Notes under the pieces: model-generated | Told to the model about the DNA's origin: nothing | Database searches by the model: none | The model's input: the letters and a program-made list of their open reading frames with translations, nothing else | In this document: one piece after another, positions 29,884 to 38,852 of the stretch | Position numbering within the stretch: the first letter of the stretch is position 1 | Layout of the letters: every line of letters begins with the position of its first letter | IMG/VR virus record: IMGVR_UViG_3300002026_000022 | Location: 3,057 to 67,056 of that record | DNA: 64,000 nt | Reading direction: 5' to 3' (one strand) | DNA from: a virus | Lineage: Duplodnaviria > Caudoviricetes | Translations under genes and position numbers: made by a program

Positions 29884-30669
29884 ATGGCATATACATTTGA
29901 TGGTATTAATAAACTAATCATACTTTCCTCTGGAACTACTACAGTCGATGCAAAAGACATGTATTCCAGATGGAAAGATTGGTTACTTGTAGATGATAAT
30001 TCAAAATATCTACAGGCAATGTCTGTACTTGGTGGTGATCCACTTCCAGGTGGTAGATACTTGGGTACTACATACTTCATCGAAAATGGTTGGAAGATTC
30101 GCCCATATGAGGGCAATCACACATTAGTGTTATCTGGCAACTTATATGCAAGAGATGGTTCTGATCCTTTTGTAAATACATTGGGATCATTTAATGTGCG
30201 TATTATGTTAACTGTATCTAATTTGGTTGATACGGTTACAACGGGTGGTGGTGTTGGTACAGTAGATGAGGTTAGAGATGCAGTTTGGAGTGATACCAAT
30301 TTTGCATCACATGGTCCAGATGCTGCAGGTACGAAACTTAATTCTGCTGGTGCTGCTGGCGATCCATGGGCATCTGACTTATCGTCATATCCATCTGGCA
30401 CTGCTGGTCATGACCTTTATACAAAACCAAGTGCGGCAGCAATTGCAGATCAAGTACGAACAGAATTAACACCTGAATTGACTGCAATCATGGCACTACA
30501 AAATGGATTAACGGAAGCACAAGCAATTATGCTTACAGAGATTTATAGAATGCATGGTTTAGATCCTACCAAACCGTTGATTGTCACTAAGACTGCAAGA
30601 ACTGTTGGTGCTGCGATACAACAACAAATTTCTGGAGATAGTAATAGTACTACTGTAACAAGGATATGA
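29884..30669 (+). CDS. Virion structural protein
   Basis: MAYTFDG.NKLI...YSRWKDW N-domain and HGLDPTKPL C-motif; in the same operon as 28234. Confidence 0.55.
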   Translation: MAYTFDGINKLIILSSGTTTVDAKDMYSRWKDWLLVDDNSKYLQAMSVLGGDPLPGGRYLGTTYFIENGWKIRPYEGNHTLVLSGNLYARDGSDPFVNTLGSFNVRIMLTVSNLVDTVTTGGGVGTVDEVRDAVWSDTNFASHGPDAAGTKLNSAGAAGDPWASDLSSYPSGTAGHDLYTKPSAAAIADQVRTELTPELTAIMALQNGLTEAQAIMLTEIYRMHGLDPTKPLIVTKTARTVGAAIQQQISGDSNSTTVTRI

Positions 30670-30869
30670 CACAATTTATCTACAACTACACTGAATGGTT
30701 AAATCAGTGTGAGCAAAGAGGTTGGAAAATACTTGAATGCCAATGTATTAAGGAAAAAGATTGCGTTTATACAAATAAGATATGTAGAGTGACAAACGCA
30801 ATTGATAATCGTGGACATATTCAAAGTATTTTCAAACATTTCATACACATGGGTACTATATATGGTTGA
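30666..30869 (+). CDS. Small hypothetical protein
   Basis: 67-aa ORF with an ATGA overlap upstream. Confidence 0.4.
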   Translation: MTQFIYNYTEWLNQCEQRGWKILECQCIKEKDCVYTNKICRVTNAIDNRGHIQSIFKHFIHMGTIYG

Positions 30870-31203
30870 CGTATTTCAAATAGCAACTCAGGGTGTGGGT
30901 CCAGGTTGGTCGACTTTTGGATTCGCTACTCAGGGATTTGGATTTGAAGTAGAGGTAATTGTTAGACCAGTTGATACTGGCGGTGGAGGTTGGTTCCCAG
31001 AGCAACGATATGAGATTATTGTTCGCATAAGATATAAAGACAAGAAGTGGGAAGAGCGTAGAGAGGTATCGGGATTAATCGGTAAGTCACTAGAAAAGAT
31101 AATTGCAACATTCAAGAAGGTAACAATTTTGAACGACATTAAAGTTTTCGTTCAAAAAACAGGCATAAATATCAAAAACATCTTTGTAAAGATAAGGAAA
31201 TAA
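30862..31203 (+). CDS. Hypothetical protein
   Basis: Repeated IATQG/FATQG at the N-terminus, basic C-terminus; start moved to ATG 30862. Confidence 0.55.
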   Translation: MVDVFQIATQGVGPGWSTFGFATQGFGFEVEVIVRPVDTGGGGWFPEQRYEIIVRIRYKDKKWEERREVSGLIGKSLEKIIATFKKVTILNDIKVFVQKTGINIKNIFVKIRK

Positions 31204-31206
31204 ACT

Positions 31207-31785
31207 ATGGCACTACTTGCAAAATTAGCACTAACTGAAAATGCTGAACTAGAATTTGGCATGGAAGTGTTCGGCACAACTGAGAAACCTGCAAAAATTC
31301 GGTTTGTGATCGAGGGTCCAGATTATGACATTGCATGTCACTGCGAAGATGTTGGTGACAGCATTAAAGTCAAAGTACCAAAGTTGAAAGGTGTGATGCC
31401 ATCTGGTGTGTATGAATCAAGATTGGAAGTCATCATCGACGGAAAAATCTTCACCCCACTGACAGAATCAATCGAGTTCGAACCATTGGTGGAATTCGAT
31501 GTGACCAAGAAAAAGACCAAATCCATAAAAGAGGGTGTCAAGGTTGAAGCGAAAAATGTGAAGATCATTGCAGAAGATTCTCGTGAGACTTCACCAAAAC
31601 AAACTGGTTTGGAAAAGAACATTCAACAATGTATCAAAGAAGGATTTGAGGTGTCAAAAGTTGGCGATAACTATATCATGAAGAAAGGCAACACCTATGT
31701 CGGAATCATTTCCGAAAAGTCAATCCTAAAATCTGAAAAGGCATATAGCACACTTACTGAATTGATCGATGGTTTAAGCGTATAA
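31207..31785 (+). CDS. Conserved T4-like hypothetical protein (Ig-like N-domain)
   Basis: LEFGMEVFG...RFVIEG...VKVPKL...LEVIIDGKIFTPL beta-sandwich pattern. Confidence 0.55.
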   Translation: MALLAKLALTENAELEFGMEVFGTTEKPAKIRFVIEGPDYDIACHCEDVGDSIKVKVPKLKGVMPSGVYESRLEVIIDGKIFTPLTESIEFEPLVEFDVTKKKTKSIKEGVKVEAKNVKIIAEDSRETSPKQTGLEKNIQQCIKEGFEVSKVGDNYIMKKGNTYVGIISEKSILKSEKAYSTLTELIDGLSV

Positions 31786-31788
31786 ATA
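31781..31788 (+). promoter_or_regulatory. Late promoter (TATAAATA)
   Basis: Perfect consensus 30 nt upstream of the tri-domain glycosyltransferase. Confidence 0.8.
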
Positions 31789-31818
31789 GTTTCGTAATTT
31801 TAATAATGGAGATTTGTT

Positions 31819-34680
31819 ATGAAAAAGATAATTGGGTTCGTCACACTTGGCATTGAGTTTAACGGTGATTCGATCAAAGAGAAGTCGTTAGGTGGTTCTG
31901 AAAGTGCCATGATTTATATGGCACGAGAATTAGCACGATTGGGCAACGAAGTTATTGTATTCTGTCCATGTGACAAACCTGGAGTTTATGGTGGAGTTCA
32001 ATATCATGACATTGAAGTGTTCAATAATCGTGCATTCATTTATTCATTTGATGTTATGGTGATCTCAAGGTTTATTGATTTTGCCACGCAACCACTTGAT
32101 TCTAAAATGAATATTCTTTGGTTACATGACATGCCTCAACCAGAGGATTTATCAAAGAAGATGTGGCAAATTGATAAAATTTTCAATATGTCACAATATC
32201 AAAAACAAATTTATATTGACAAATATCCAAGTTTCCGTGGTTATATTGATGTAACCAAAAATGGATATGATTCTGAGTTGGCAAAATTTATTTTGGCGAA
32301 CAAAGAACAACCATCAATTGATACACGATTGAAAAACTTTACATACATTTCTCGACCAGAACGTGGTCTTGGGTATCTATTGACAGAACTGTGGCCAGAA
32401 ATCCTCAAGAAAATTCCTGACGCAACACTTAACATTTGTGCATATGATTCAAATGTTAAAAATGCAAAGATGGTTATTGAACCAGAATTTTATGACATGA
32501 TCGATGCATTGGTAAAGAAGACTCCAAACATCAAGAATCATGGCAACTTGAACAAGATTGAATTGTATCGTTTACTTTCAAATTGTGGAGTTATGTTATA
32601 TCCAACAGCATTCCCAGAAATCTCGTGCATCTCTGCTATTGAAGCGCAAGGTACAGGTTGTGTGATCGTGACAACAGATGATTTTGCATTATCAGAAACA
32701 GTAAAAACAGATACATTGATTGATGCAGAAGTCGGATCAAACAAGTACAAAGACATGTTTTTAAGTAAGGTGTTTGATCTGTATGATGATAAAGAATATT
32801 GGTTTGCACAGTCTGAATTGGGCAAAGAAAAGATGGCAGACTATTCGTGGAGAGCAATTGCTGCAGATTGGAATGCTCGATTCGATAAAATGTTTATGGA
32901 CAGGTTTCACAAGAACCAAAAAGGTGTTGCGACAAAATTATTTTATAATTCAGATGTGGTTGCAGGTTATGAAGTATTTGGTGAAGAAGATATCTTGCCA
33001 GAAAAATACACATTTGGAAATTTCAAAGATTATATTGATGTAAGTGTCAATAGCAATCTTGATTATGAACAGAATTACAATCCGGTGTTTGATGCAGAAC
33101 CTGAAAAATATAACAAACGCATTGGGCATTTGGTTGAATTTTTACAGAAACATTTACCAAAGACTAGACAATATACAGTGTTAGATGTTGCATGTAACAC
33201 AGGCATGATGAGTTCTGCCGCACAACGAAATTTACCTAACATTAAAAAGGTTATTGGTGTTGATGCCCACAAACCATCACTTGATGTGTATAAGGCAAAT
33301 TGTAAATTCCCACAGAATGAATTTTATTTGCATAATGTAACGGATCTTGACTCTCTTGAAATTGAACCAGTTGATATGATTTTTGCTGGTGAGATTATGG
33401 AGCATGTGCGTGATCCATATGCGTTCATCGAAAGTATTTTGCGTAAGTGTGCAGAGAATTGTAATGTCATTTTCTCAGTGCCATATGGTCCATGGGAACA
33501 AATTTCATATACCAGAGGATATTCACCAGAAAAAGATATTAAACACATTCATCATTTTGAGTATGCAGACATTAAACATATCTTCCAAGAATTTGATGGA
33601 TTGTTTGTCACTCGTGCAGGAACACAAATGACGGGTTTGCATAATGAACCTCTTGATACTTGGACATTTGGATTTAAATATTCTCCATCTAGTCCTAGAA
33701 AGATACACAAAATCAATTACTTAGAGAAGGCATTTAAGACACGTCCATACAAGTCAATTTCTACTTGCATGATTGTCAAGAATGAGGAAGATAATCTGTC
33801 AAGATGTTTGAAGTCTGTAAAACTCATATCAGATGAAATTATCATTGTCGATACTGGTTCAACAGATTCAACAAAACAGATTGCAGCAAAATTCACAGAC
33901 AAGATTTACGACCATCGATTTGAAGAAGAAGATGGTGTCGGAAACTTCGGTGCAGCAAGAAACTTTGCAATGTCAAAGGCAACAGGAGATTGGATATTCT
34001 ATATCGATGCTGATGAAGTTGCAATGAATCCTCAGTTTCTTGGGTATTTCTCCGATACAGAATTCTTTGATGGTATTGCGATTCAGCAACGTCAAGCACG
34101 AACATCTAATGGTGATCCAGACAAAGAATTACCTGTGAGAATGTTCAAGAATAACGGAAACATCAAATTCTATGGTGTATTGCATGAACATCCTGGATAT
34201 GACATTAATTCGTTTGTTGAAGGCGCAATGTTAATGGATATGACATGGTTGAATCACTATGGATATGTCGATGACGATGTTACCAAATGGAAAATCGCCA
34301 CTCGTAATCGTCCACTTTTGATGAAAGATCTAAGAATGAATCCTGATCGAGATATCAATAAGGTATATCTGTTAATGTCAATGATTGGTGATGTATATAC
34401 CTATCCTGCAGGAAAACTAGGCATCATTGTTGATAAAATTGCAGATGTATATGTAGTATGGGATCGGTATTTCAAAGAGAAACGTGAGAATGATATTGGT
34501 TGGGAAGTGGTGAAACAAAGAGGATGGTTACAGTATCAAATGTTCCTCTATAACCTATACCAAAACAAGGAATTTGGAATCATTAAATTTGAATTCACCA
34601 AGAATGATGAAGAAAAGCATGATTACTATTTCAGAGATAATGACGAATTAATGAGTTTTCTAAGAGAACATATGACATAA
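31819..34680 (+). CDS. Tri-domain GT-B (GT4-like) / SAM methyltransferase / GT-A (GT2) protein
   Basis: GT4: LGGSESAM, YISRPERGL, YPTAFPEISCISAIEAQ. MTase: VLDVACNTG, AGEIMEHVRDP. GT2: STCMIVKNEE, IVDTGSTD, AARNFA, YIDADE. Confidence 0.88.
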   Translation: MKKIIGFVTLGIEFNGDSIKEKSLGGSESAMIYMARELARLGNEVIVFCPCDKPGVYGGVQYHDIEVFNNRAFIYSFDVMVISRFIDFATQPLDSKMNILWLHDMPQPEDLSKKMWQIDKIFNMSQYQKQIYIDKYPSFRGYIDVTKNGYDSELAKFILANKEQPSIDTRLKNFTYISRPERGLGYLLTELWPEILKKIPDATLNICAYDSNVKNAKMVIEPEFYDMIDALVKKTPNIKNHGNLNKIELYRLLSNCGVMLYPTAFPEISCISAIEAQGTGCVIVTTDDFALSETVKTDTLIDAEVGSNKYKDMFLSKVFDLYDDKEYWFAQSELGKEKMADYSWRAIAADWNARFDKMFMDRFHKNQKGVATKLFYNSDVVAGYEVFGEEDILPEKYTFGNFKDYIDVSVNSNLDYEQNYNPVFDAEPEKYNKRIGHLVEFLQKHLPKTRQYTVLDVACNTGMMSSAAQRNLPNIKKVIGVDAHKPSLDVYKANCKFPQNEFYLHNVTDLDSLEIEPVDMIFAGEIMEHVRDPYAFIESILRKCAENCNVIFSVPYGPWEQISYTRGYSPEKDIKHIHHFEYADIKHIFQEFDGLFVTRAGTQMTGLHNEPLDTWTFGFKYSPSSPRKIHKINYLEKAFKTRPYKSISTCMIVKNEEDNLSRCLKSVKLISDEIIIVDTGSTDSTKQIAAKFTDKIYDHRFEEEDGVGNFGAARNFAMSKATGDWIFYIDADEVAMNPQFLGYFSDTEFFDGIAIQQRQARTSNGDPDKELPVRMFKNNGNIKFYGVLHEHPGYDINSFVEGAMLMDMTWLNHYGYVDDDVTKWKIATRNRPLLMKDLRMNPDRDINKVYLLMSMIGDVYTYPAGKLGIIVDKIADVYVVWDRYFKEKRENDIGWEVVKQRGWLQYQMFLYNLYQNKEFGIIKFEFTKNDEEKHDYYFRDNDELMSFLREHMT

Positions 34681-34683
34681 ATA
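34676..34683 (+). promoter_or_regulatory. Late promoter (CATAAATA)
   Basis: Overlaps the GT stop; upstream of the 34713-37584 operon. Confidence 0.7.
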
Positions 34684-34712
34684 TTAGGTATCCATAACAA
34701 TAATAAAAACCA

Positions 34713-35822
34713 ATGGCACTATATCACGTTAAAACTCAAACTGTTGCTGACGGTACTGCTACATCATTAGTAAGACCGTCAGACTGGAACTCTGGTCATG
34801 CACAATATTTTACCTTTGCGGGTAATACTGCTGGTCAGAGTACTGCGTCTGGAACTAATATATATTTTGCAGGTGGCAATGGAATTACGTTAAATATGGC
34901 ACAGGGTGCTGGTGTGGCAACTATCAGCATTGTTGCTGGAAACTATTTAACAACTGCAATGCTGTCTAATGCTGGTAGTAATTTCTTACCAGTATCAACA
35001 GTCACTGCTGGCGCAAATGCATATAACGTATCTGGCACGTTTGCATCAAACGGCATCACATTGAGTGGGCAACCTAATAATGTGTCATTGTTGGGTAACA
35101 CAGTTGGTGCAAACACTGTAGCACCTTCTGCAGGTGGAACAATATATTTAAGTGGCGGTAATGGCATCACACTATCAGGCAATGGCAGCACAGTAGTCAT
35201 ATCTGCAGGTGCTGTGGGATTTACTAAAACATTCTGGCATCCATATAACGAAGCAGTAAACGTAGCAGGAATACATGGTCAAGCAACATTGGTGGTTAAC
35301 CCTATTCCACTTAATGATTATTTGTCTATGAATAGACTTGTATTTCCATTGTATTTCTCAAATGCGTCAAACTCTACTGGCACGTTATCAATTTCTTTAT
35401 ATTGGGGTGCTTATACTAAAAACGGTTCCACATTATCATCTGTTGCAACATTGAGTACTCTAATAACAATGGCATATGCTGGTAATAACTCGTCTTCAAA
35501 TCAAAGAGGAATTCGACTTCTTACAGTTCCATTTACTACGCAACTTAATCAAAATAGATATTTTGTTGCAGTAGGAATTAGAACATCAACATCTAGTCAT
35601 GGATGTTCATTCAGTCAAATTCTTGTCAGTCAATTGAATTCAAGCGTTTCCGGTCTTTGGAATCAGGCAGCGACCGCATCAATACAGTGGCCGATTGGTG
35701 TTGGTTACTTTTCTGCATCGACTACCGCACTTCCTGCCACAATCGCATTTAGCAATCTTAGAGGGAACAGTAGTCTTGCAGCAAGACCACCTTCATGGCA
35801 TGCAATATCAGGAACAGTATAA
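34713..35822 (+). CDS. Ser/Thr/Gly/Asn-rich fibre-like virion protein
   Basis: VRPSDWNSGH N-motif; internal repeat GGNGITL appears twice; beta-rich C-domain. Confidence 0.6.
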   Translation: MALYHVKTQTVADGTATSLVRPSDWNSGHAQYFTFAGNTAGQSTASGTNIYFAGGNGITLNMAQGAGVATISIVAGNYLTTAMLSNAGSNFLPVSTVTAGANAYNVSGTFASNGITLSGQPNNVSLLGNTVGANTVAPSAGGTIYLSGGNGITLSGNGSTVVISAGAVGFTKTFWHPYNEAVNVAGIHGQATLVVNPIPLNDYLSMNRLVFPLYFSNASNSTGTLSISLYWGAYTKNGSTLSSVATLSTLITMAYAGNNSSSNQRGIRLLTVPFTTQLNQNRYFVAVGIRTSTSSHGCSFSQILVSQLNSSVSGLWNQAATASIQWPIGVGYFSASTTALPATIAFSNLRGNSSLAARPPSWHAISGTV

Positions 35823-35831
35823 GGAATTAAT

Positions 35832-36203
35832 ATGACAAATTATAAAGAATCTACGGGAACATCAACATCATGGCAACGTGCATATCAAGTTGCAATTGAT
35901 AATCGACTTGGACTTACTCCACAAATCACATTTTATGAAGAAGAAGCAGTCGATATGGGTGATGGTCGTTATATGACGAAACACGTTGGACACATAAATG
36001 AAATGTTCAACGATCCAAATACAACATTCAATTTATTAAATCCAGCAACTGGAGACATCATTGGTACAAGTAATTACATGCAAGCGTATGTTCTTTTACA
36101 TTCTATATATATGTATCTAGCAAACCTTCGTGATAATCCACCTGTACCAGTTGAAGTGCCGTCTGAAGAACCACCACCTGAAGAACCACCAGTTGAACCG
36201 TAA
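35832..36203 (+). CDS. Small fibre-associated protein (possible chaperone)
   Basis: NYKES...WQRAYQV.IDN...PQITFYEEEA; Pro/Glu tail. Confidence 0.5.
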   Translation: MTNYKESTGTSTSWQRAYQVAIDNRLGLTPQITFYEEEAVDMGDGRYMTKHVGHINEMFNDPNTTFNLLNPATGDIIGTSNYMQAYVLLHSIYMYLANLRDNPPVPVEVPSEEPPPEEPPVEP

Positions 36204-36241
36204 TAAATATCTATATTATTAATTGAAGGAGCAATTAAGTT

Positions 36242-36982
36242 ATGCAAATGATGCCACAAATTATATCGTCATATGACGAAGGACAACATGGTGCGGATTT
36301 ATCCCAAACTGTAAGTCGTTTGAAAAAAGAAAAGTCTTATAAAGACATGTCGTGTATTCAAATCGTACCTGCATTTGGTCAGATTCCTACAAAGATTGTT
36401 GCCTCTTGGTTAAACATGTATCCACCACCTAATGCGAAATTCGTTAGGTTGTTTGCAATTGGTATGGAAGTGGGTGACGCATTTTCAACATGTATTCAAA
36501 GCATTTTAGATCATCCTGAACTTTCACAATTTAAGTACATATTAACACTCGAACATGACAATTTACCACCACCTGATGGTCTCGTCAAATTACTCGCGCA
36601 AATGGAAGCCCATCCTGAGTTTGCCTGCATTGGCGGATTGTATTTCACTCAAGGGCCGGGGGGATGTGCTCAAATTTGGGGCGATCCCAAGGATCCAGTA
36701 TTGAATTTTCGTCCACAATTACCTGATCCCAATGGTGGATTAGTGGAATGCGCTGGTACTGGAATGGGATTTAATGTATTCAGATTGGATATGTTCAAAG
36801 ATCCAAAACTTAGAAAACCTTGGTTTAAAACAAACACTGAAAATGGTGTCGGAACACAAGATCTTTATTTTTGGTCTGATGCAAGAAAGAATGGATATAG
36901 ATGTGCTATCGATTGTTCGGTTAAGGTTGGTCATTATGACTACGACGGCAAACGTGGTGGCATTCCTGATATGGTTTGGTAA
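36242..36982 (+). CDS. GT-A fold glycosyltransferase (GT2-like)
   Basis: ILTLEHDNLPP (DxD-like), IGGLYF, GTGMGF, QDLYFW, DCSVKVGH. Confidence 0.78.
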   Translation: MQMMPQIISSYDEGQHGADLSQTVSRLKKEKSYKDMSCIQIVPAFGQIPTKIVASWLNMYPPPNAKFVRLFAIGMEVGDAFSTCIQSILDHPELSQFKYILTLEHDNLPPPDGLVKLLAQMEAHPEFACIGGLYFTQGPGGCAQIWGDPKDPVLNFRPQLPDPNGGLVECAGTGMGFNVFRLDMFKDPKLRKPWFKTNTENGVGTQDLYFWSDARKNGYRCAIDCSVKVGHYDYDGKRGGIPDMVW

Positions 36983-36999
36983 ATAAGTGAGGTGAAAAT

Positions 37000-37584
37000 A
37001 TGGTAACGAGAAAAAAGACAGTAAAAGAAACTCCGACTTTCCTTAAATTGGATTTAGGTTGCGGTGGTAAGAAACAAGAAGGATTTGTTGGGGTTGATCA
37101 ATACAAGATGGAAGGGGTTGATGTTGTATTGGATATCGGCACTGCAAAATGGCCATGGAAAAATAACAGTGTAGATGAAGTATATGCTGCACATTTCCTT
37201 GAACATTTGACTCAACAACAACGAGTACATTTCATGAATGAACTGTATCGTGTAATGAAACCTGGTGCAAAAGCATTAATTATTACACCACATTGGGCAA
37301 GCAATCGTGCCTATGGTGATATGACACATGCTTGGCCTCCAGTTGCTGAGATGTTTTATTACTATTTGAAACAGGAATGGCGCAATACACAAGCACCACA
37401 TACTGACAAGAAATGGAATCCGAAAGGGTTTACATGCAATTTTGATGCAATTTGGGGATATTCTTATGCACCTGAGTTAGGTACTAGAAGTCAAGAATAT
37501 GTTCAATTTGCCCTAAATAATTATAAAGAGGCAGCACAAGATTTACATGCAACATTGACGAAACCCATAGTTAATGAAGAATAA
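37000..37584 (+). CDS. Class I SAM-dependent methyltransferase
   Basis: KLDLGCG, GVD, VDEVYAAHFLEHL, ELYRVMKPGA. Confidence 0.85.
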   Translation: MVTRKKTVKETPTFLKLDLGCGGKKQEGFVGVDQYKMEGVDVVLDIGTAKWPWKNNSVDEVYAAHFLEHLTQQQRVHFMNELYRVMKPGAKALIITPHWASNRAYGDMTHAWPPVAEMFYYYLKQEWRNTQAPHTDKKWNPKGFTCNFDAIWGYSYAPELGTRSQEYVQFALNNYKEAAQDLHATLTKPIVNEE

Positions 37585-37596
37585 AAATCAATAATA

Positions 37597-37604
37597 TATA
37601 AATA
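37597..37604 (+). promoter_or_regulatory. Late promoter (TATAAATA)
   Basis: Perfect consensus; RBS ACAGGAG follows. Confidence 0.8.
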
Positions 37605-37635
37605 TTATGTAGTACTCAACAACAGGAGATAAACA

Positions 37636-38067
37636 ATGGCAACATATAACAAGATTAATGACTTCACAGAACAATTGATGAAGGGTGTTCACGTTTGGCA
37701 AACACACACTTTCAGGGTTGCTCTTTCAAACAGTGCTATCACTGCTGGCACAACTATTTTGGGTGAAGTTACTCAGATTACTCAACAAAACGGTTATACA
37801 ACTGGTGGTTATCCTACATCAATTAACGCATTGTTTGAGACAACTGGTACAACTACTGTTCAGGCAGCACAAGTTGTTTATACAGCATCGGGTGGTACTA
37901 TTGGTCCTTTCCGTTATGTCGTTCTTTACAACGACAGCGCAACATCACCTGTTGATGCATTAGTTGCATGGTGGGATTATGGTTCAAGCATTTCGTTGCT
38001 CGATGGTGAAACATTCACTGTCAAGTTCAACAACGCTAACCCAGGAACGATCTTTACCCTAGCTTAA
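37636..38067 (+). CDS. Small virion protein (fibre base/adaptor family)
   Basis: MATYNK...GYTTGG...ASGGTIGPFRYVVLYND...WWDYGSS..L.DGETFTV; a recognisable phage family. Confidence 0.6.
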   Translation: MATYNKINDFTEQLMKGVHVWQTHTFRVALSNSAITAGTTILGEVTQITQQNGYTTGGYPTSINALFETTGTTTVQAAQVVYTASGGTIGPFRYVVLYNDSATSPVDALVAWWDYGSSISLLDGETFTVKFNNANPGTIFTLA

Positions 38068-38071
38068 TAAC

Positions 38072-38761
38072 ATGCCTTCTGTTGCTGATAGAGTCAAAGA
38101 GACCACTACAACAGCAGGATCAGGGACAATAACATTAGCAGGTGCTGCAACAGGGTATCGCACATTTGCTACTGCCTTTTCTGATGGTACTGTTGTTTAC
38201 TATTGTATAGTAAGTGGTAACATGTGGGAAGTAGGGTCTGGAACTTATAATTCCAGCACCCTTACTCGTTCTACTATTCTATCATCTAGTTCAGGTGGTT
38301 CAGCAATCTCATTGTCTGGAACATCTGATGTATTTTGCACACTACCTGCACAAATTCCTAAGTTGTCTGATGTGTCGTCTGCTACTACCTATTATCTAGG
38401 TATGACAACTTCAACATCTGGTACGTTTGATGATATACGGGTAGATGCATCTGACATGTATTACACTTCTGGTGATAATACATTATATGCAACAAACATG
38501 AATACTGCATCTGATGAACGTCTTAAAGAAAATATTTCTCCTATATCAAATGCTTTAGATGTTATCAAGCAGATTGAAGGTGTAAGTTTCAATTGGAAAA
38601 CTACTGGTAGAAAATCATATGGTGTGATTGCTCAACAAATTGAACAATTTTTGCCAGAATTGGTTAATGATGTTGATGATAAGAAATCAGTAAATTACAA
38701 TGCAATAATTGGGTTTTTGATTGAAGCAATAAAAGAATTAGAACTTCGTATCGAGAAGTAA
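38072..38761 (+). CDS. Short fibre protein with C-terminal peptidase S74 intramolecular chaperone
   Basis: N-terminus ADRVKETTTTAGSGTITL; SDERLKENI...GVIAQ...VNYNAIIGFLIEAIKEL. Confidence 0.85.
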   Translation: MPSVADRVKETTTTAGSGTITLAGAATGYRTFATAFSDGTVVYYCIVSGNMWEVGSGTYNSSTLTRSTILSSSSGGSAISLSGTSDVFCTLPAQIPKLSDVSSATTYYLGMTTSTSGTFDDIRVDASDMYYTSGDNTLYATNMNTASDERLKENISPISNALDVIKQIEGVSFNWKTTGRKSYGVIAQQIEQFLPELVNDVDDKKSVNYNAIIGFLIEAIKELELRIEK

Positions 38762-38788
38762 CATTGTTAAATGTGAATGAAACTATAG

Positions 38789-38812
38789 AAAGCACCGTCA
38801 TGGTGCTTTTCT
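38789..38812 (+). terminator. Rho-independent terminator
   Basis: AAAGCACC-GTCAT-GGTGCTTT hairpin followed by TCTATTTT. Confidence 0.75.
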
Positions 38813-38816
38813 ATTT

Positions 38817-38824
38817 TATAAATA
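38817..38824 (+). promoter_or_regulatory. Late promoter (TATAAATA)
   Basis: Perfect consensus after the terminator, upstream of the 3032-aa gene. Confidence 0.85.
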
Positions 38825-38852
38825 TAACATAACAATAAAAACAGACTAAAAT

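Noticed and set aside
31819-37584. Glycosyltransferases as T4-type DNA glucosyltransferases
   Set aside because: No dCMP hydroxymethylase or similar gene nearby, late promoters, structural-gene context, and GT2 motifs unlike T4 agt/bgt. Not fully excluded without nucleoside analysis.
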